This document shows, piece by piece, positions 31,439 through 41,929 of a DNA stretch of 64,000 nt (positions are counted from its first letter, which is position 1; each line of letters opens with the position of its first letter). The position numbers and the translations under genes are program-made. The DNA comes from an uncultured delta proteobacterium (GTDB lineage Bacteria > Desulfobacterota > Binatia > Binatales > Binataceae): the NCBI GenBank assembly GCA_963765675.1, contig CAVXXK010000006.1, positions 32,001-96,000 on the forward strand. The letters run 5' to 3'. Below the pieces are notes generated by a model. The model was not told the DNA's origin and searched no databases. It saw only the letters and a list, made by a program, of their open reading frames with translations.

Positions 31439-33254
31439 ATGCAGTCTAGAGCATTATTCAGAAACAGATTCGGACTCTGGACGGTCGCGATCGCGTCTGC
31501 ATGGGCGATCGCGATCGCCGGAGCCCGTGCCTCTTTTGCCGACGGCGACAAACCTATCGCGCAGGTTCCGCTCACGATTACGGCCGGCGAAACCTACACC
31601 GTCGATAACCTGGCGCTCGGCAGCGTGCCTGCGGTGAAGGTGATCGAAAATCCGCACGCGCTGGTAATTCACTCGGAGATGCCGGGCAAGCTCATCTTGC
31701 TCGGTGCCGAGCGCGGCCGATGGATCGTCGTCGTCACCCGCGCCGACGGCAATCGAGCCGCTTATGACGTCATCGTGAACAGTGTCGCAACGCCCGGAGC
31801 GCCGCTCGAACCGGGCGAGAGTCCTCACGCGACCAATGGGGGACTCGCCGGCCCGCGTGCGGCCCAGTCGTCATCGTCGGCACCGTCGATGGGATTGGCC
31901 GCCGCGCCGCCGGTTTCTTTGCCGCCAAGCGAGGTCGTGCCGATCGCAGGCGCGAGCGCCGCGCATCCACCGACGGCAAATTCGCAGGTCTTCGGCTTTG
32001 CGCCCGCCCCGGCCGCCGCGAGAACTTCGCCGGGCGCGGAGGTTCCGCTCGGGAATTGGCGAAGCAACCCTGCGGTAGGTCCGAGCGGCTACACCTCGCC
32101 GTCAGATTCCGGAGGTCCGGGCGCGCCGAACTATATGTCCGACGACTCGATCGTCCTGATGCAGGGGACTTCGCACGTCCTCGATTTCCAGCGCCGCCTC
32201 ATCCGCGTCTCGATCGCCGATTCCAAAATCGCGGATATCCAGGTGATCAATCCCTCGCAGATAAACCTTGTCGCGCATACTCCCGGCTTCACGACTTTGG
32301 CGGTATGGGACGATCGCGGCGATTATCAGGAGCGTCAGGTCCGCGTCGACACGGGCGGCAAGCAGCAGGTGATGCTCAACTGTATCGTCGCCGAATTGGA
32401 TCTCTCCAGCGCCGAGAACCAGGGCGTGAACCTGTCGCTCGCGCTTTCCAACTACGGTTTCTCGATTGTCGGAATGCCGGGCGCGGTCGCCACGCCCTAC
32501 ACCGCCTCGACTCAGCTGTCCTCGTCGGGCCCGCAGGGCAGTTCGGCCGGAGGGTTGCTGCCGTTCGGCGGTGAGCTCATTCCACTGGTTCTGTCGCCGA
32601 GCATGACCTACGGAATCTCGGCGGGAAACTCGAACGTTCAGACTCAGAGCTTTTTTCAGTTTCTCGAAACTCACAACCTGGCAAAGATCCTGGCCGAGCC
32701 GCATCTGCTCGCCAACTCGGGCGAGCAGGCTAAATTCCTGTCGGGCGGTGAGATTCCGATCGTGATCGCGCAGGCGCTCAACACGTCGATAGTGTTCAAG
32801 CAGTTCGGCACCTCGGTGGATTTTCTGCCCACCGTCATCGGTCGCAACACGATCGAGCTGTACGTCAAGCCCGAGGTTTCGCAACCCAACTTTGCCGAAG
32901 GTGTTTCGATGTTCGGCTTTACCGTGCCCGCATTCGTCACCCGCCGCGCGCAAACGATGGTGACGCTGCGCGACGGGCAGACGCTGATCATCGCGGGCCT
33001 GATCCTGCACAACCCGATCGCGACGGTTAACAAGGTTCCTTATCTCGGCGACGTTCCGTACCTGGGCGGACTGTTCCGCACCACTTCGCATACGACCCAG
33101 GAGACGGACCTCGTGATGAGCGTGACGCCGCAGATCGTCAGCGCCGCTTCCGGAAGGCGCGCAGGTCGATCTGCCGCATGGCAGCAGACTCGCACCCGAA
33201 GATATCAAGACGCGCGAAATCATTCCGCCCGACGCGTCGAGGCCGCGGTTCTAG
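31439..33254 (+). CDS. cpaC: Tad secretin CpaC/RcpA with an apparent +1 frameshift near 33140
   Basis: LAEPHL..SGEQAKFLSGGEIP, KQFG, KVPYLGDVPYLGGLFR, VTPQIV; +1 frame continues APLPEGAQVDLP...RPRF to TAG 33252-33254. Confidence 0.85.
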
Positions 33255-33277
33255 CCGCTGCCGCAAAGGAGGATCTC

Positions 33278-34492
33278 GTGTCAGTGCTCGGAGCAAACAA
33301 CGAAACCCGGCGCGGAACGCTGCGCGTGTTCTTGATGGGCGACAACGCCGAGGTCCGCGCCATCGCCAAAACCGCGCTCTTGGCGCTGGGCGATCCTCCG
33401 CTCCAGATCGAGGAGGCCGGCCTTGGCGCGCTTCCCACCACCGGCGCGCCCGACGTTCTGATGGTGATGCTGGCGGGCAGCGAAGAAGCGAGCCTGCGCT
33501 GTCTGCAAACCCAGGCCGGACGGATTCCGCGCCCCGCGATTTTTGCGCTGTTGCAGACCCGTTCGCCCGGGTTGATGAAGCGTGCGCTGCGCGCCGGCGC
33601 CGACGAGCTGTTGCTGGTACCGATCGATCCCGGCGACGCGACCTGCGCGCTGCTGAAAATCAGCGAAGCGCGCTGGCGCTCCGACCGCCGCGACGGCGGC
33701 GTCGTCTGCTCGTTCGCCAGTATCGTCGGCGGAGTGGGGGTCACGACCCTGGTCGCGAACCTCGGCCTTGCGTTGCGCCACAGTCAGAAGCGCGTAGCGC
33801 TGATCGATCTGGATCTTCAAACTGGAGGACTCGCGGTGGTGCTCGGCCTCGAGCCTGAAGTCACGATCCTGCCGCTCATCCGCCTGGACCGGAAACTCGA
33901 TTCGATCCAGCTCGAATCCGCGCTGACCAAGCATCCGTCCGGACTCTACCTGCTCGCCGCGCCCAAGCGGATCGAGGAGGGCGAGCTGGTCAGCGACGTG
34001 ACCGTCGGTATCGTGATCGATCTGATGCGGCAGTTGTTCGATTTCGTGATTATCGATTGCGGCGATCATATCGACGAGAACGCGGTCGCCGCGTGGGAAC
34101 GCTCCGAACATCTGTTCTACGTCCTCGAGCAATCGATCACGTCGGCGCGATGCGCATGGCGGTTCATCGATCTGTTCGAGCGCCTGGGGCTGACCTCGCT
34201 TGCGCCGCGCTTCCTGTTAAATCGCCATCGCCCGATGCATCCGATAACCGACAAGCAGATCGAAACCACGCTCGGGCGCGAACTCTACGCGCGAATTCCC
34301 GCCGACGATCGCGCGCTGGAACGCGCCGAGGTCACCGCCAAGGATCTCTGGCAGGTCGCGCCGGCTTCGCCGCTGGCGCATTCGCTCGAGGATCTCGCGC
34401 GCCGCATCGTGCCGACTGTCATCCTGCCTGCGGCCGAACCCGACCCGGGCTTTATCGCGCGGCTAAGATCCGCTTTCGTCACCCACGCTTGA
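33278..34492 (+). CDS. cpaE: CpaE/TadZ pilus localisation protein (receiver-like plus MinD-like)
   Basis: Own RBS AAGGAGGA before GTG 33278; ALRAGADE, GGVGVTT, LIDLDLQTG, FDFVIID. Confidence 0.85.
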   Translation: MSVLGANNETRRGTLRVFLMGDNAEVRAIAKTALLALGDPPLQIEEAGLGALPTTGAPDVLMVMLAGSEEASLRCLQTQAGRIPRPAIFALLQTRSPGLMKRALRAGADELLLVPIDPGDATCALLKISEARWRSDRRDGGVVCSFASIVGGVGVTTLVANLGLALRHSQKRVALIDLDLQTGGLAVVLGLEPEVTILPLIRLDRKLDSIQLESALTKHPSGLYLLAAPKRIEEGELVSDVTVGIVIDLMRQLFDFVIIDCGDHIDENAVAAWERSEHLFYVLEQSITSARCAWRFIDLFERLGLTSLAPRFLLNRHRPMHPITDKQIETTLGRELYARIPADDRALERAEVTAKDLWQVAPASPLAHSLEDLARRIVPTVILPAAEPDPGFIARLRSAFVTHA

Positions 34493-34502
34493 GGTTTGAG
34501 TC

Positions 34503-35885
34503 ATGAGACTTGCAGAACGATTAAGCAGCGCCAATTCTGGAGCCGCCGCCGCCGACAGCGCGGCCGCGCCGAGCTCGCTTATCGGGGGAACCGTCAGACG
34601 GCGCAAAGACCCGCACGTTGACGGCTCGCGCCGGCTAAAAATCAAAGTTCACAATCGCCTGTTCGAAACTATCGACGTCTCGAAGCTCGAGTCGCTCGAA
34701 CCGACCGCGATGTCGGCGAAAGTCACCGCGGCGATCAGCGAGATCCTGAACGAAGAGGGACGCCTGCTAACGGATGCCGACCGCAGCCGCCTGGTCGAGG
34801 AGATCAAGAACGAGCTGCTCGGCTTGGGTCCGCTGGAGCCGCTTCTGCGCGACGACGACGTTACCGACATCCTGGTTAACGGCCATGACCAGGTTTATGT
34901 CGAGCGGTTCGGCAAGCTGCATCCGGCTGACGTTCACTTCCAGGACGATCAGCATCTGATGTTGATCATCGATCGAATCGTTTCGCGCGTCGGCCGACGC
35001 GTCGACGAATCATCCCCGATGGTCGATGCGCGCCTGCCCGACGGTTCGCGTATCAACGCGATCATTCCGCCGCTGGCGCTCGACGGTCCGTCGCTGTCGA
35101 TCCGGCGTTTCGGGCGCAAGCGCTACGACATTTCGGGGCTGGTCGAAAAGGAATCCATCACCTGGGAAGTGGTCGAGTTCCTGCTCGCGGTGGTACGCGC
35201 GCGACTCAACGTGATCGTCGCCGGCGGCACCGGCTCGGGCAAGACCACGATGCTCAATTGCCTGTCGGCGTTCGTGCCTGAAGACGAACGTATCGTGACG
35301 ATCGAGGATTCCGCCGAGCTTTCGCTCCAGCAGCCGCACGTGGTGCGCCTGGAATCGCGCCCTCCGAATCTCGAGGGCAAGGGCGAGATTACCCAGCGCG
35401 ATCTCGTGCGCAACTGCCTGCGTATGCGCCCGGACCGGATCGTCGTCGGCGAGGTCCGTGGCGCCGAGGTGCTGGACATGCTGCAGGCGATGTCCACCGG
35501 ACATGACGGCTCGATCGCGACGGTTCACGCGAACTCGACGCGCGAATGCCTGGGGCGCTTCGAAATGATGATGCTGCTGTCGGGAGTATCGATCCCGCAG
35601 CGCGCGATGCGCCAGCAGATCGCGTCGGCGATCAACATGATCCTTCACGTCAGCCGCCTCTCCGACGGTACGCGCAAAGTGATGAAGGTATCTGAGATTA
35701 CCGGAATGGAAGGCGACATGATCATGATGCAGGATCTGTACGAATATGTCCGCGGCGATCCGCGCGCGGACGGCAAGCTGACCGGACAGTTGCGCTCGAC
35801 CGGGGTTCGCTCGCATTACGCGCCGCGGCTGGAAGCGGTGGGTTACAAATCCGACGCGCGCCTGTTCAAGGCGGCGCAGCCGTAG
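34503..35885 (+). CDS. cpaF: CpaF/TadA pilus ATPase
   Basis: [48 protein letters not shown]. Confidence 0.95.
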   Translation: MRLAERLSSANSGAAAADSAAAPSSLIGGTVRRRKDPHVDGSRRLKIKVHNRLFETIDVSKLESLEPTAMSAKVTAAISEILNEEGRLLTDADRSRLVEEIKNELLGLGPLEPLLRDDDVTDILVNGHDQVYVERFGKLHPADVHFQDDQHLMLIIDRIVSRVGRRVDESSPMVDARLPDGSRINAIIPPLALDGPSLSIRRFGRKRYDISGLVEKESITWEVVEFLLAVVRARLNVIVAGGTGSGKTTMLNCLSAFVPEDERIVTIEDSAELSLQQPHVVRLESRPPNLEGKGEITQRDLVRNCLRMRPDRIVVGEVRGAEVLDMLQAMSTGHDGSIATVHANSTRECLGRFEMMMLLSGVSIPQRAMRQQIASAINMILHVSRLSDGTRKVMKVSEITGMEGDMIMMQDLYEYVRGDPRADGKLTGQLRSTGVRSHYAPRLEAVGYKSDARLFKAAQP

Positions 35886-35889
35886 AACG

Positions 35890-36849
35890 ATGGATCTGGT
35901 AATCGCCACGGCCGCGTTTGCGATGGTGCTGGTGCTCGGCGGATTTGTTATCGCGCGGCACACGGGACTGCCGTGGCTGGGGCGCAACGTCATGCGGCGG
36001 ATGGCGCCGGCCAAGACTGTTTCCGCTGACGGGATTTTCCGCACCGGGCATCGGCGCAACAAGGAAGCCGCCACCCGAATCTTCGCGCGCCTGATGCGCA
36101 TCAACTTGATCCAGAAGCTCGAGCAGATGATGTGGCAGGCCGGTATCTACAAGCCGGTCGCCGATATTCTATTGATTATCGTTTTGCTGGCCGGCGCTGG
36201 AATCGTTGGCGCAAGCGCGTTTTCGAGCAATCCGTTGATTTCGATCGCCCTCGGTTTTGGCATGGGAATCCTTCCGCTGATGTATATCCGGATCCGCCGC
36301 CAGCGGCGCCTGAAGGCCTTCGCAACGCAGCTCCCGTATGCGCTCGATCTGATCAAATCGTCGATCGAGGCGGGCCATTCGCTACTGCGCGGCTTCCAGG
36401 TGGTGGTCGCGGAATTTGGCGATCCGATCGGCAGCGAGTTCCGATCGGTGATCGAGCAGTCGCGTCTGGGATTGCCGCTGCCACGAGCACTCGAAGACAT
36501 GCTCGAGCGCGTTCCGATCGAAGACCTGCGCCTGCTGGTGGTCGCGGTGCGGGTTCAATCCGAGGTCGGTAGTTCGCTCGCGCAGATTATCGGACGACTT
36601 TCCGAGATCGTCCGCACCCGCCAGAAAATCCATCAGCAGATCCGCGCGATGACCGCGCAATCGCGAATGAGCGGAATGGTCGTCGGATGCCTGCCAATCG
36701 CGATGCTCGGCGCCTTCAGCATCATCCAGCCCGCATATGTTCACACGCTATTTTACGATCCCTCGGGACAGATGATTCTCAAAGTCGCCGCGGTGCTCGA
36801 CATCATGGCGTTCGTGACGATCCGGAAACTTCTCAAGGTGGAATTCTGA
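35890..36849 (+). CDS. tadB: TadB platform protein
   Basis: QLPYALDLI..AGHSL, TAQSRMSG. Confidence 0.9.
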   Translation: MDLVIATAAFAMVLVLGGFVIARHTGLPWLGRNVMRRMAPAKTVSADGIFRTGHRRNKEAATRIFARLMRINLIQKLEQMMWQAGIYKPVADILLIIVLLAGAGIVGASAFSSNPLISIALGFGMGILPLMYIRIRRQRRLKAFATQLPYALDLIKSSIEAGHSLLRGFQVVVAEFGDPIGSEFRSVIEQSRLGLPLPRALEDMLERVPIEDLRLLVVAVRVQSEVGSSLAQIIGRLSEIVRTRQKIHQQIRAMTAQSRMSGMVVGCLPIAMLGAFSIIQPAYVHTLFYDPSGQMILKVAAVLDIMAFVTIRKLLKVEF

Positions 36850-36850
36850 A

Positions 36851-37786
36851 ATGTCCGCAATCTACATCACCCTCGCCTTCATTCTGCTGATGGGCGCCGC
36901 GATGGTGGCGGCGTACGCCGCGCTGTTCGGCACCCCGCGCGTGCTTGACGATCGGATTACCGATATGGGGGTCAAGATGCGCGTCAGCGTCAATGATGGC
37001 GCCGTCCCCAGCGAGGTCGATCCTTCATTGTCACGAGCGCTCTTTCGATGGGTTGCGCTGCGCCTGCCCGCGCCGCCCGCCGACTCTCCGAAAGCGGAAA
37101 AGCTTGCGCATCAGCTAATGCAGGCGGGTTTTCAGCACTCGCGCGCCGCGCGGACTTTTCAGGTCGTGCGGACTATATCGACCGCAGCCTGCGCAATACT
37201 CGCGCTGGTAGTCGCGCTCGTTGCGAATCGGTCGGGCGTCATGGTCATCATGGCGCTGGTGGCAGGCGCCGGTATCGGCGCATTCATTCCCAGCTTTTAC
37301 CTCGGCCGCAAGGCGCGCAAACGCCAGCGCGCGATCGCAAGCCAGCTCTCCGACGTGCTCGATCTTCTGGTGGTATGCGTCGAGGCCGGCCTGGGACTCT
37401 CAGAAGCGATCAAGGTCGTCGGCGCGGAAGCAGAGCGGCACGGCCAGGCAATCGGTACCGAACTCGCGCTCGTCTCGGGCGAACTCGCCGCCGGTTCGAG
37501 TCTCGGTCAGGCGCTGCGGCAGTTCGCCGACCGGACCGCGGTCGCGGATGTGAAGCCGCTGGCCGCGACGCTTATTCAGAGCGAACAGATCGGCGCGCAA
37601 ATTGGACCCGCGCTGCGCTCGATCTCTGATTCGCTGCGCTCCGCGCGCAAGATGCGCGCTGAAGAAGCGGCGCAGAAGACCACCGTAAAGATCATGTTCC
37701 CGCTGGTGCTGTTTGTCCTGCCCGCGATGATGAGCGTTATCGTCGGACCCGCGATGATCCAGATCATGCAGACCTTGACCAAATGA
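36851..37786 (+). CDS. tadC: TadC platform protein
   Basis: DVLDLLVVCVEAGLGL, AEEAAQK..VKIMFPL. Confidence 0.9.
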   Translation: MSAIYITLAFILLMGAAMVAAYAALFGTPRVLDDRITDMGVKMRVSVNDGAVPSEVDPSLSRALFRWVALRLPAPPADSPKAEKLAHQLMQAGFQHSRAARTFQVVRTISTAACAILALVVALVANRSGVMVIMALVAGAGIGAFIPSFYLGRKARKRQRAIASQLSDVLDLLVVCVEAGLGLSEAIKVVGAEAERHGQAIGTELALVSGELAAGSSLGQALRQFADRTAVADVKPLAATLIQSEQIGAQIGPALRSISDSLRSARKMRAEEAAQKTTVKIMFPLVLFVLPAMMSVIVGPAMIQIMQTLTK

Positions 37787-37838
37787 AAAGGCTTGACGGG
37801 CGCGCGCTATCGGTCTGTATTGGGACCACGGCGCCGCG

Positions 37839-38324
37839 ATGGATGATACCGCATCAAAAACCCGGGCTTTCGAACTGTGGAACGAGGGCATGCAGCATCA
37901 TCAGTTGCGCGATCTGGACGGTGCGATCCGCCTCTATACAAAGTCTATCGAAGTCTTTCCCACCGCCGAGGCGTACACGTTTCGCGGATGGGCGTATCAC
38001 ACGCAGGGGCGAATCGACGACGCGATCGCTGAATGCAAGCGAGCGATCGCGGTCGATCCGTCGTTCGGCAATCCCTACAACGATATCGGCGCCTACCTGA
38101 TCGCCAAAGGCGAGCTCCAAGAGGCGATCGAATGGCTCGAGAAGGCAAAGCTCGCGCCGCGCTACGAGCCGCGTCATTTCCCACATATGAATCTCGGCCG
38201 AATCTATGAGGCCAAGGGAATGATCACTCTTGCGATCGAAGAATTCGAACAGGCGCTCAAGTTTCAGCCCGATGAACCGACGTGCGTCGCCACGCTCAAG
38301 CGCCTGCGCTCGATGCTGAACTGA
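37839..38324 (+). CDS. TPR repeat protein
   Basis: About four TPR units (AEAYTFRGWAY, GNPYNDIGAYL, NLGRIY); no signal peptide. Confidence 0.85.
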   Translation: MDDTASKTRAFELWNEGMQHHQLRDLDGAIRLYTKSIEVFPTAEAYTFRGWAYHTQGRIDDAIAECKRAIAVDPSFGNPYNDIGAYLIAKGELQEAIEWLEKAKLAPRYEPRHFPHMNLGRIYEAKGMITLAIEEFEQALKFQPDEPTCVATLKRLRSMLN

Positions 38325-38360
38325 TCGGCGCCGGTCGCCGCGCAAAAAGGAGAATCTTCG

Positions 38361-38807
38361 ATGCTCAAGGTTGGCGATCGCGCGCCGGAATTCACGCTGC
38401 CTGCTCATGACGGCAGGATCATCTCGAACGCCGATCTGCGCGGGCGTAAAGTACTGTTGTGGTTTTATCCAGCGGCGAGCACTCCCGGATGCACTGTCGA
38501 GGGGCGCGGTTTCCGCGATCATCAGAGCTTCTACGACGAGAACGAGATCCAGATCCTCGGCGTCAGTTTCGACAGTATCGAAGCGAACGCCGCATTCGCG
38601 CAGAATAATGGATTCAGCTTTCCGCTACTCTCGGATGCCACGCGCGAAACCGCGCTCGCATACGGCGCATGCGCCGACCGCAAAGCGTCGTCGCCCGACC
38701 GAGTGAGCTTCCTCCTCGACGAGGATGGCCGTATCGCACGCGTCTATGATCAAGTCGATCCTCGCGATCATCCCGCCCGAGTGCTGGCCGAGTTGCTCGA
38801 CGTTTGA
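38361..38807 (+). CDS. bcp: Bcp/PrxQ peroxiredoxin
   Basis: FYPAASTPGCTVE, GVSFD, FPLLSD; AAGGAG RBS. Confidence 0.88.
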   Translation: MLKVGDRAPEFTLPAHDGRIISNADLRGRKVLLWFYPAASTPGCTVEGRGFRDHQSFYDENEIQILGVSFDSIEANAAFAQNNGFSFPLLSDATRETALAYGACADRKASSPDRVSFLLDEDGRIARVYDQVDPRDHPARVLAELLDV

Positions 38808-39072
38808 TGCGCGGATGACGTCAATCGGCATCGACGCCATAGGAAAGTTGAATATATACAGTGCCGCTAACCATTCCTATCAACTGACTATTCACGCCTT
38901 TCATAGAGTATCTCTGCATAACCGCCCGATCGTATAATTCCTCTCCGTGTCCAAGGAGAGGTCTCCTCCGCGGGCGGCATGGCGATGGCGTATCGCCAAA
39001 AACCCGGCGTCGATTTGAACTGTAACCACGGGACGAGTGAGCATTGCGCAGGTGTGGCAATTTGAATCACCG

Positions 39073-39088
39073 TGGCCTGCCAATTGCT
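39073..39088 (+). promoter_or_regulatory. Sigma-54 promoter of the second activator gene
   Basis: TGGCCTGCCAATTGCT, GG-N10-GC with TTGCT. Confidence 0.7.
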
Positions 39089-39099
39089 ACACTTCCTTC

Positions 39100-40335
39100 G
39101 TGGTCACGGATCGCAACATCGCAGCTCCTGTACTCGAATTGGCGGAAGCTGGAAACGGTTCAGGCCCGGCCGCCGAAAACGATCTGAGCCCTTCGGAATT
39201 GGAACAATCGCCGCGCGTGTCTCTGGCGCGCCTGGCGCAAGGTTCGGAGCGGATCGGCGGAATGGTTGTCCGCTCTGCGCAGGTTCGCAAAGTACTGAAA
39301 ACCATAGCGCGGCTGAGCCCTTACAAGGCGACGGTTCTCATCTACGGCGAGTCGGGAACCGGTAAAGAGTTGGTCGCGCGAGCGTTGCATACGCTCGGCC
39401 CGATGCCCAACGGACCTTTCGTGACCTTCAACTGTGCAAACCTGCTCGAATCACTGGCGGAGTCGCAGCTCTTCGGCCATGTGAAGGGCGCGTTTACCGA
39501 CGCACGCGAGGATTCGTTTGGCTACTTCCGCTCGGCCAACGGCGGCACCTTGTTTCTCGACGAGATTGGCGAATTGCCGCTGAAGCTACAGCCCAAGCTG
39601 TTGCGCGCGGTTGAGACCTGCGAGATTCAGCCGGTAGGATCGTCGCATACTCACAAGATCGATATCCGCCTGGTGGCTGCGACAAATCGTGATCTGCGCG
39701 CGATGGTCAAGGCGGGACAGTTCCGCGACGATCTATATTATCGTCTCAACACCGCGGCGGTTTTTCTGCCGCCGCTGCGTGAGCGCCGCGAAGCGATCTC
39801 CGCATTCGTCGCGCATTTTATCGAGCATTACAATCGGCTCTTCGGTAAGGAAGTGATGTTTGTTGATCGGCACGCTCTGGACTATCTGTTGGCCTACGGA
39901 TGGCCGGGCAACGTGCGCGAGCTTGCTCACGCGATCGAGAGCGCTGTGATCCTGTCCGAGAGCGATTGCCTGATCGCCGAGGATCTGCCCGAGCATATTC
40001 TTGAAATCGCCGGCAGCGGCGTCGGCGGCGATATGGCGGATGCGCACGCGGCTCCGGCGCTCGATGGAGCTGCGGAGCCGCACGCGGGAAATTCCAACGG
40101 TGGACCCGCGCCGCTGCTCTTGGATGAAGTGATCAAGCGCACCCTGATGCGTTCGCTCGAAGAGACCGACGGAAATCGGCGCCGCGCGGCGGACCTGCTC
40201 GGCGTCTCGCGCTCGACGTTGTACCGGATGCTCGCGCGCTACGGAATCGGCGAAAACGCCCACTCCAATTCAGTGCAGGCCCGGGCGACGTCCGACCACA
40301 AAGGCCCCGGCGCCAGCAACGATTCGATCCTCTAG
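39100..40335 (+). CDS. Sigma-54 enhancer-binding protein lacking a sensor domain (paralog of 14099-15292)
   Basis: GESGTGKE, GAFTDA, FLDEIG, WPGNVREL, GNRRRAADLLGVSRSTLYR; start uncertain (GTG 39100 chosen). Confidence 0.9.
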   Translation: MVTDRNIAAPVLELAEAGNGSGPAAENDLSPSELEQSPRVSLARLAQGSERIGGMVVRSAQVRKVLKTIARLSPYKATVLIYGESGTGKELVARALHTLGPMPNGPFVTFNCANLLESLAESQLFGHVKGAFTDAREDSFGYFRSANGGTLFLDEIGELPLKLQPKLLRAVETCEIQPVGSSHTHKIDIRLVAATNRDLRAMVKAGQFRDDLYYRLNTAAVFLPPLRERREAISAFVAHFIEHYNRLFGKEVMFVDRHALDYLLAYGWPGNVRELAHAIESAVILSESDCLIAEDLPEHILEIAGSGVGGDMADAHAAPALDGAAEPHAGNSNGGPAPLLLDEVIKRTLMRSLEETDGNRRRAADLLGVSRSTLYRMLARYGIGENAHSNSVQARATSDHKGPGASNDSIL

Positions 40336-40380
40336 CTCGGGGTTGGATTTTGGTGGTGATTCGCGCAAAATCGCGATCCG

Positions 40381-40696
40381 GATGATCAAGCCAGCCGTCT
40401 TTGCAGACCTCGCGATTGTTTGTTTGGTTGCGATGCTCGCCGGCGCCGTGCCGGCCGCCGCAGGCTCGGACACTGCCAAGCCTCCCGCGGATCTCGTCAA
40501 TCTCGAGCGCGAGGTCTCGCTCAAAATCGCGCACGTTCGCGGCGAAGGACCCACCGACCCCGGCAAGCGCCAGAAACTGCACGACGCCGAGCGTCTGGAC
40601 GCCAAGGCCGAGCAGGAAATCGGCGCGGGCGATTTTCGCTCCGCCGAAGATGATCTGGTAAAGGCCAACGCGCTCGCATCCGAGCTTGCCAATTAG
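40381..40696 (+). CDS. Small secreted helical hypothetical protein
   Basis: Signal peptide ending PAAA followed by amphipathic helices. Confidence 0.6.
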
Positions 40697-40773
40697 GCGC
40701 TCCGAACTGAAGCGTAGCGCGATCATTCGGATTTTTCGCCGCGCCCGCTTTTGATACCTTTAACGCAGAGACG

Positions 40774-41928
40774 ATGATTGGTCCTGATCAAATCTGGGGC
40801 GAAGCGGTTCGCACACTGGAAGCGGGCACCTCGTTTGCGCTCGCAACGGTGGTCAATGTCCGAGGCTCAACTCCGCGCGAAATCGGCGCGAAGATGATTG
40901 TCCGCACCGACGGCCAGTTCGGCACGATCGGCGGCGGATGCGGCGAAGCCGAAGTGTTCCGCAAGGCGCGGATCCTGCTCGACGAAGGCCACGGCGCGCG
41001 GCTCACCGAAGTCGACCTCACTGGAGATTTCGATCAAAAGGAAATCGGAACCTGCGGCGGAATCATGGACGTGTTCGTCGATATCTGGAAGCCCGGATTC
41101 GACCTCGAGATCGCCCGGCGCTTGTACGACGCCGCAGCGCATAGCCGTCCTGCCGCCTTGGTCACGCTGATCGATCCGGGAAATTCTGCATCGGCGGGGA
41201 AGATCGGCGCGCGCTCCGTGCTCGACCCGGCCGTCGAGGCCGCGGCGGTGCCGATCGAAATCGCTCCGCGCGCGATCGCGCAGCTCGGAGTCCGCGCTGC
41301 CGACGGAACCGCGGTGCTGGTCGAGGTCAGCGAAAACGGCGGCGCCAATCCGGTCACGCGGATCGAAGCTACCGGATCACCGCGCCTGTTTCTGGATCCG
41401 GTGTCGGGCGCGCAGCGCCTGGTGATCGCCGGAGCTGGTCATATCGCGCAGCCGCTCGCGGCGCTGGGCTCGATGCTGGGTTTCCATGTGACAGTGATAG
41501 ACGACCGCGCCTCTTTCGCCAATCGTGAGCGCTTTCCCTCCGCCGACGAGATTGTCGTGCGCCCGTTCGGTCCCGCCGTCAAAGCCCTCAACCTCGATCG
41601 CCATTGCTACCTGGTCTCGGTCACGCGCGGCCATTCGTTCGACGAAGACGTTATCCTGACCGCGCTAAAACACAGTCGCGGCGCGTTTATCGGGATGATC
41701 GGATCGCGCCGCCGGGTCAAGGCGACGCTGGATCGAATCGGCGCGATGGGAATTGCGCCGGAGCTGCTCGACCAGGTTCATGCGCCGCTGGGAATCGATA
41801 TCGCGGCCGAGACGCCCGAGGAAATCGCGCTATCGATTATTTCCGAGATCGTTCGCGAGCGCCGCAGCGGTGTCCGCGACGAGGCGAACCTCGGCGTGAA
41901 GACCGGTCGTTTGCAGCCGCGCGGCTGA
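40774..41928 (+). CDS. XdhC/CoxI family molybdenum cofactor chaperone
   Basis: GSTPREIGAKM, GTIGGGC, CGG, GAGHIA, VTRGH, GMIGSRRR, AETPEEIALSI. Confidence 0.92.
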   Translation: MIGPDQIWGEAVRTLEAGTSFALATVVNVRGSTPREIGAKMIVRTDGQFGTIGGGCGEAEVFRKARILLDEGHGARLTEVDLTGDFDQKEIGTCGGIMDVFVDIWKPGFDLEIARRLYDAAAHSRPAALVTLIDPGNSASAGKIGARSVLDPAVEAAAVPIEIAPRAIAQLGVRAADGTAVLVEVSENGGANPVTRIEATGSPRLFLDPVSGAQRLVIAGAGHIAQPLAALGSMLGFHVTVIDDRASFANRERFPSADEIVVRPFGPAVKALNLDRHCYLVSVTRGHSFDEDVILTALKHSRGAFIGMIGSRRRVKATLDRIGAMGIAPELLDQVHAPLGIDIAAETPEEIALSIISEIVRERRSGVRDEANLGVKTGRLQPRG

Positions 41929-41929
41929 C

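Noticed and set aside
31439-34492. 1017-aa secretin-ATPase fusion as a novel protein
   Set aside because: Explained by one extra base near 33140; cpaE has its own RBS and the natural secretin tail is in the +1 frame
37839-38324. TadD pilotin call for the TPR gene
   Set aside because: No signal peptide or lipobox; left as a generic TPR protein
38361-38807. Selenocysteine in the peroxiredoxin or the 49877 redoxin
   Set aside because: Catalytic codons are TGC/TGT; no in-frame TGA
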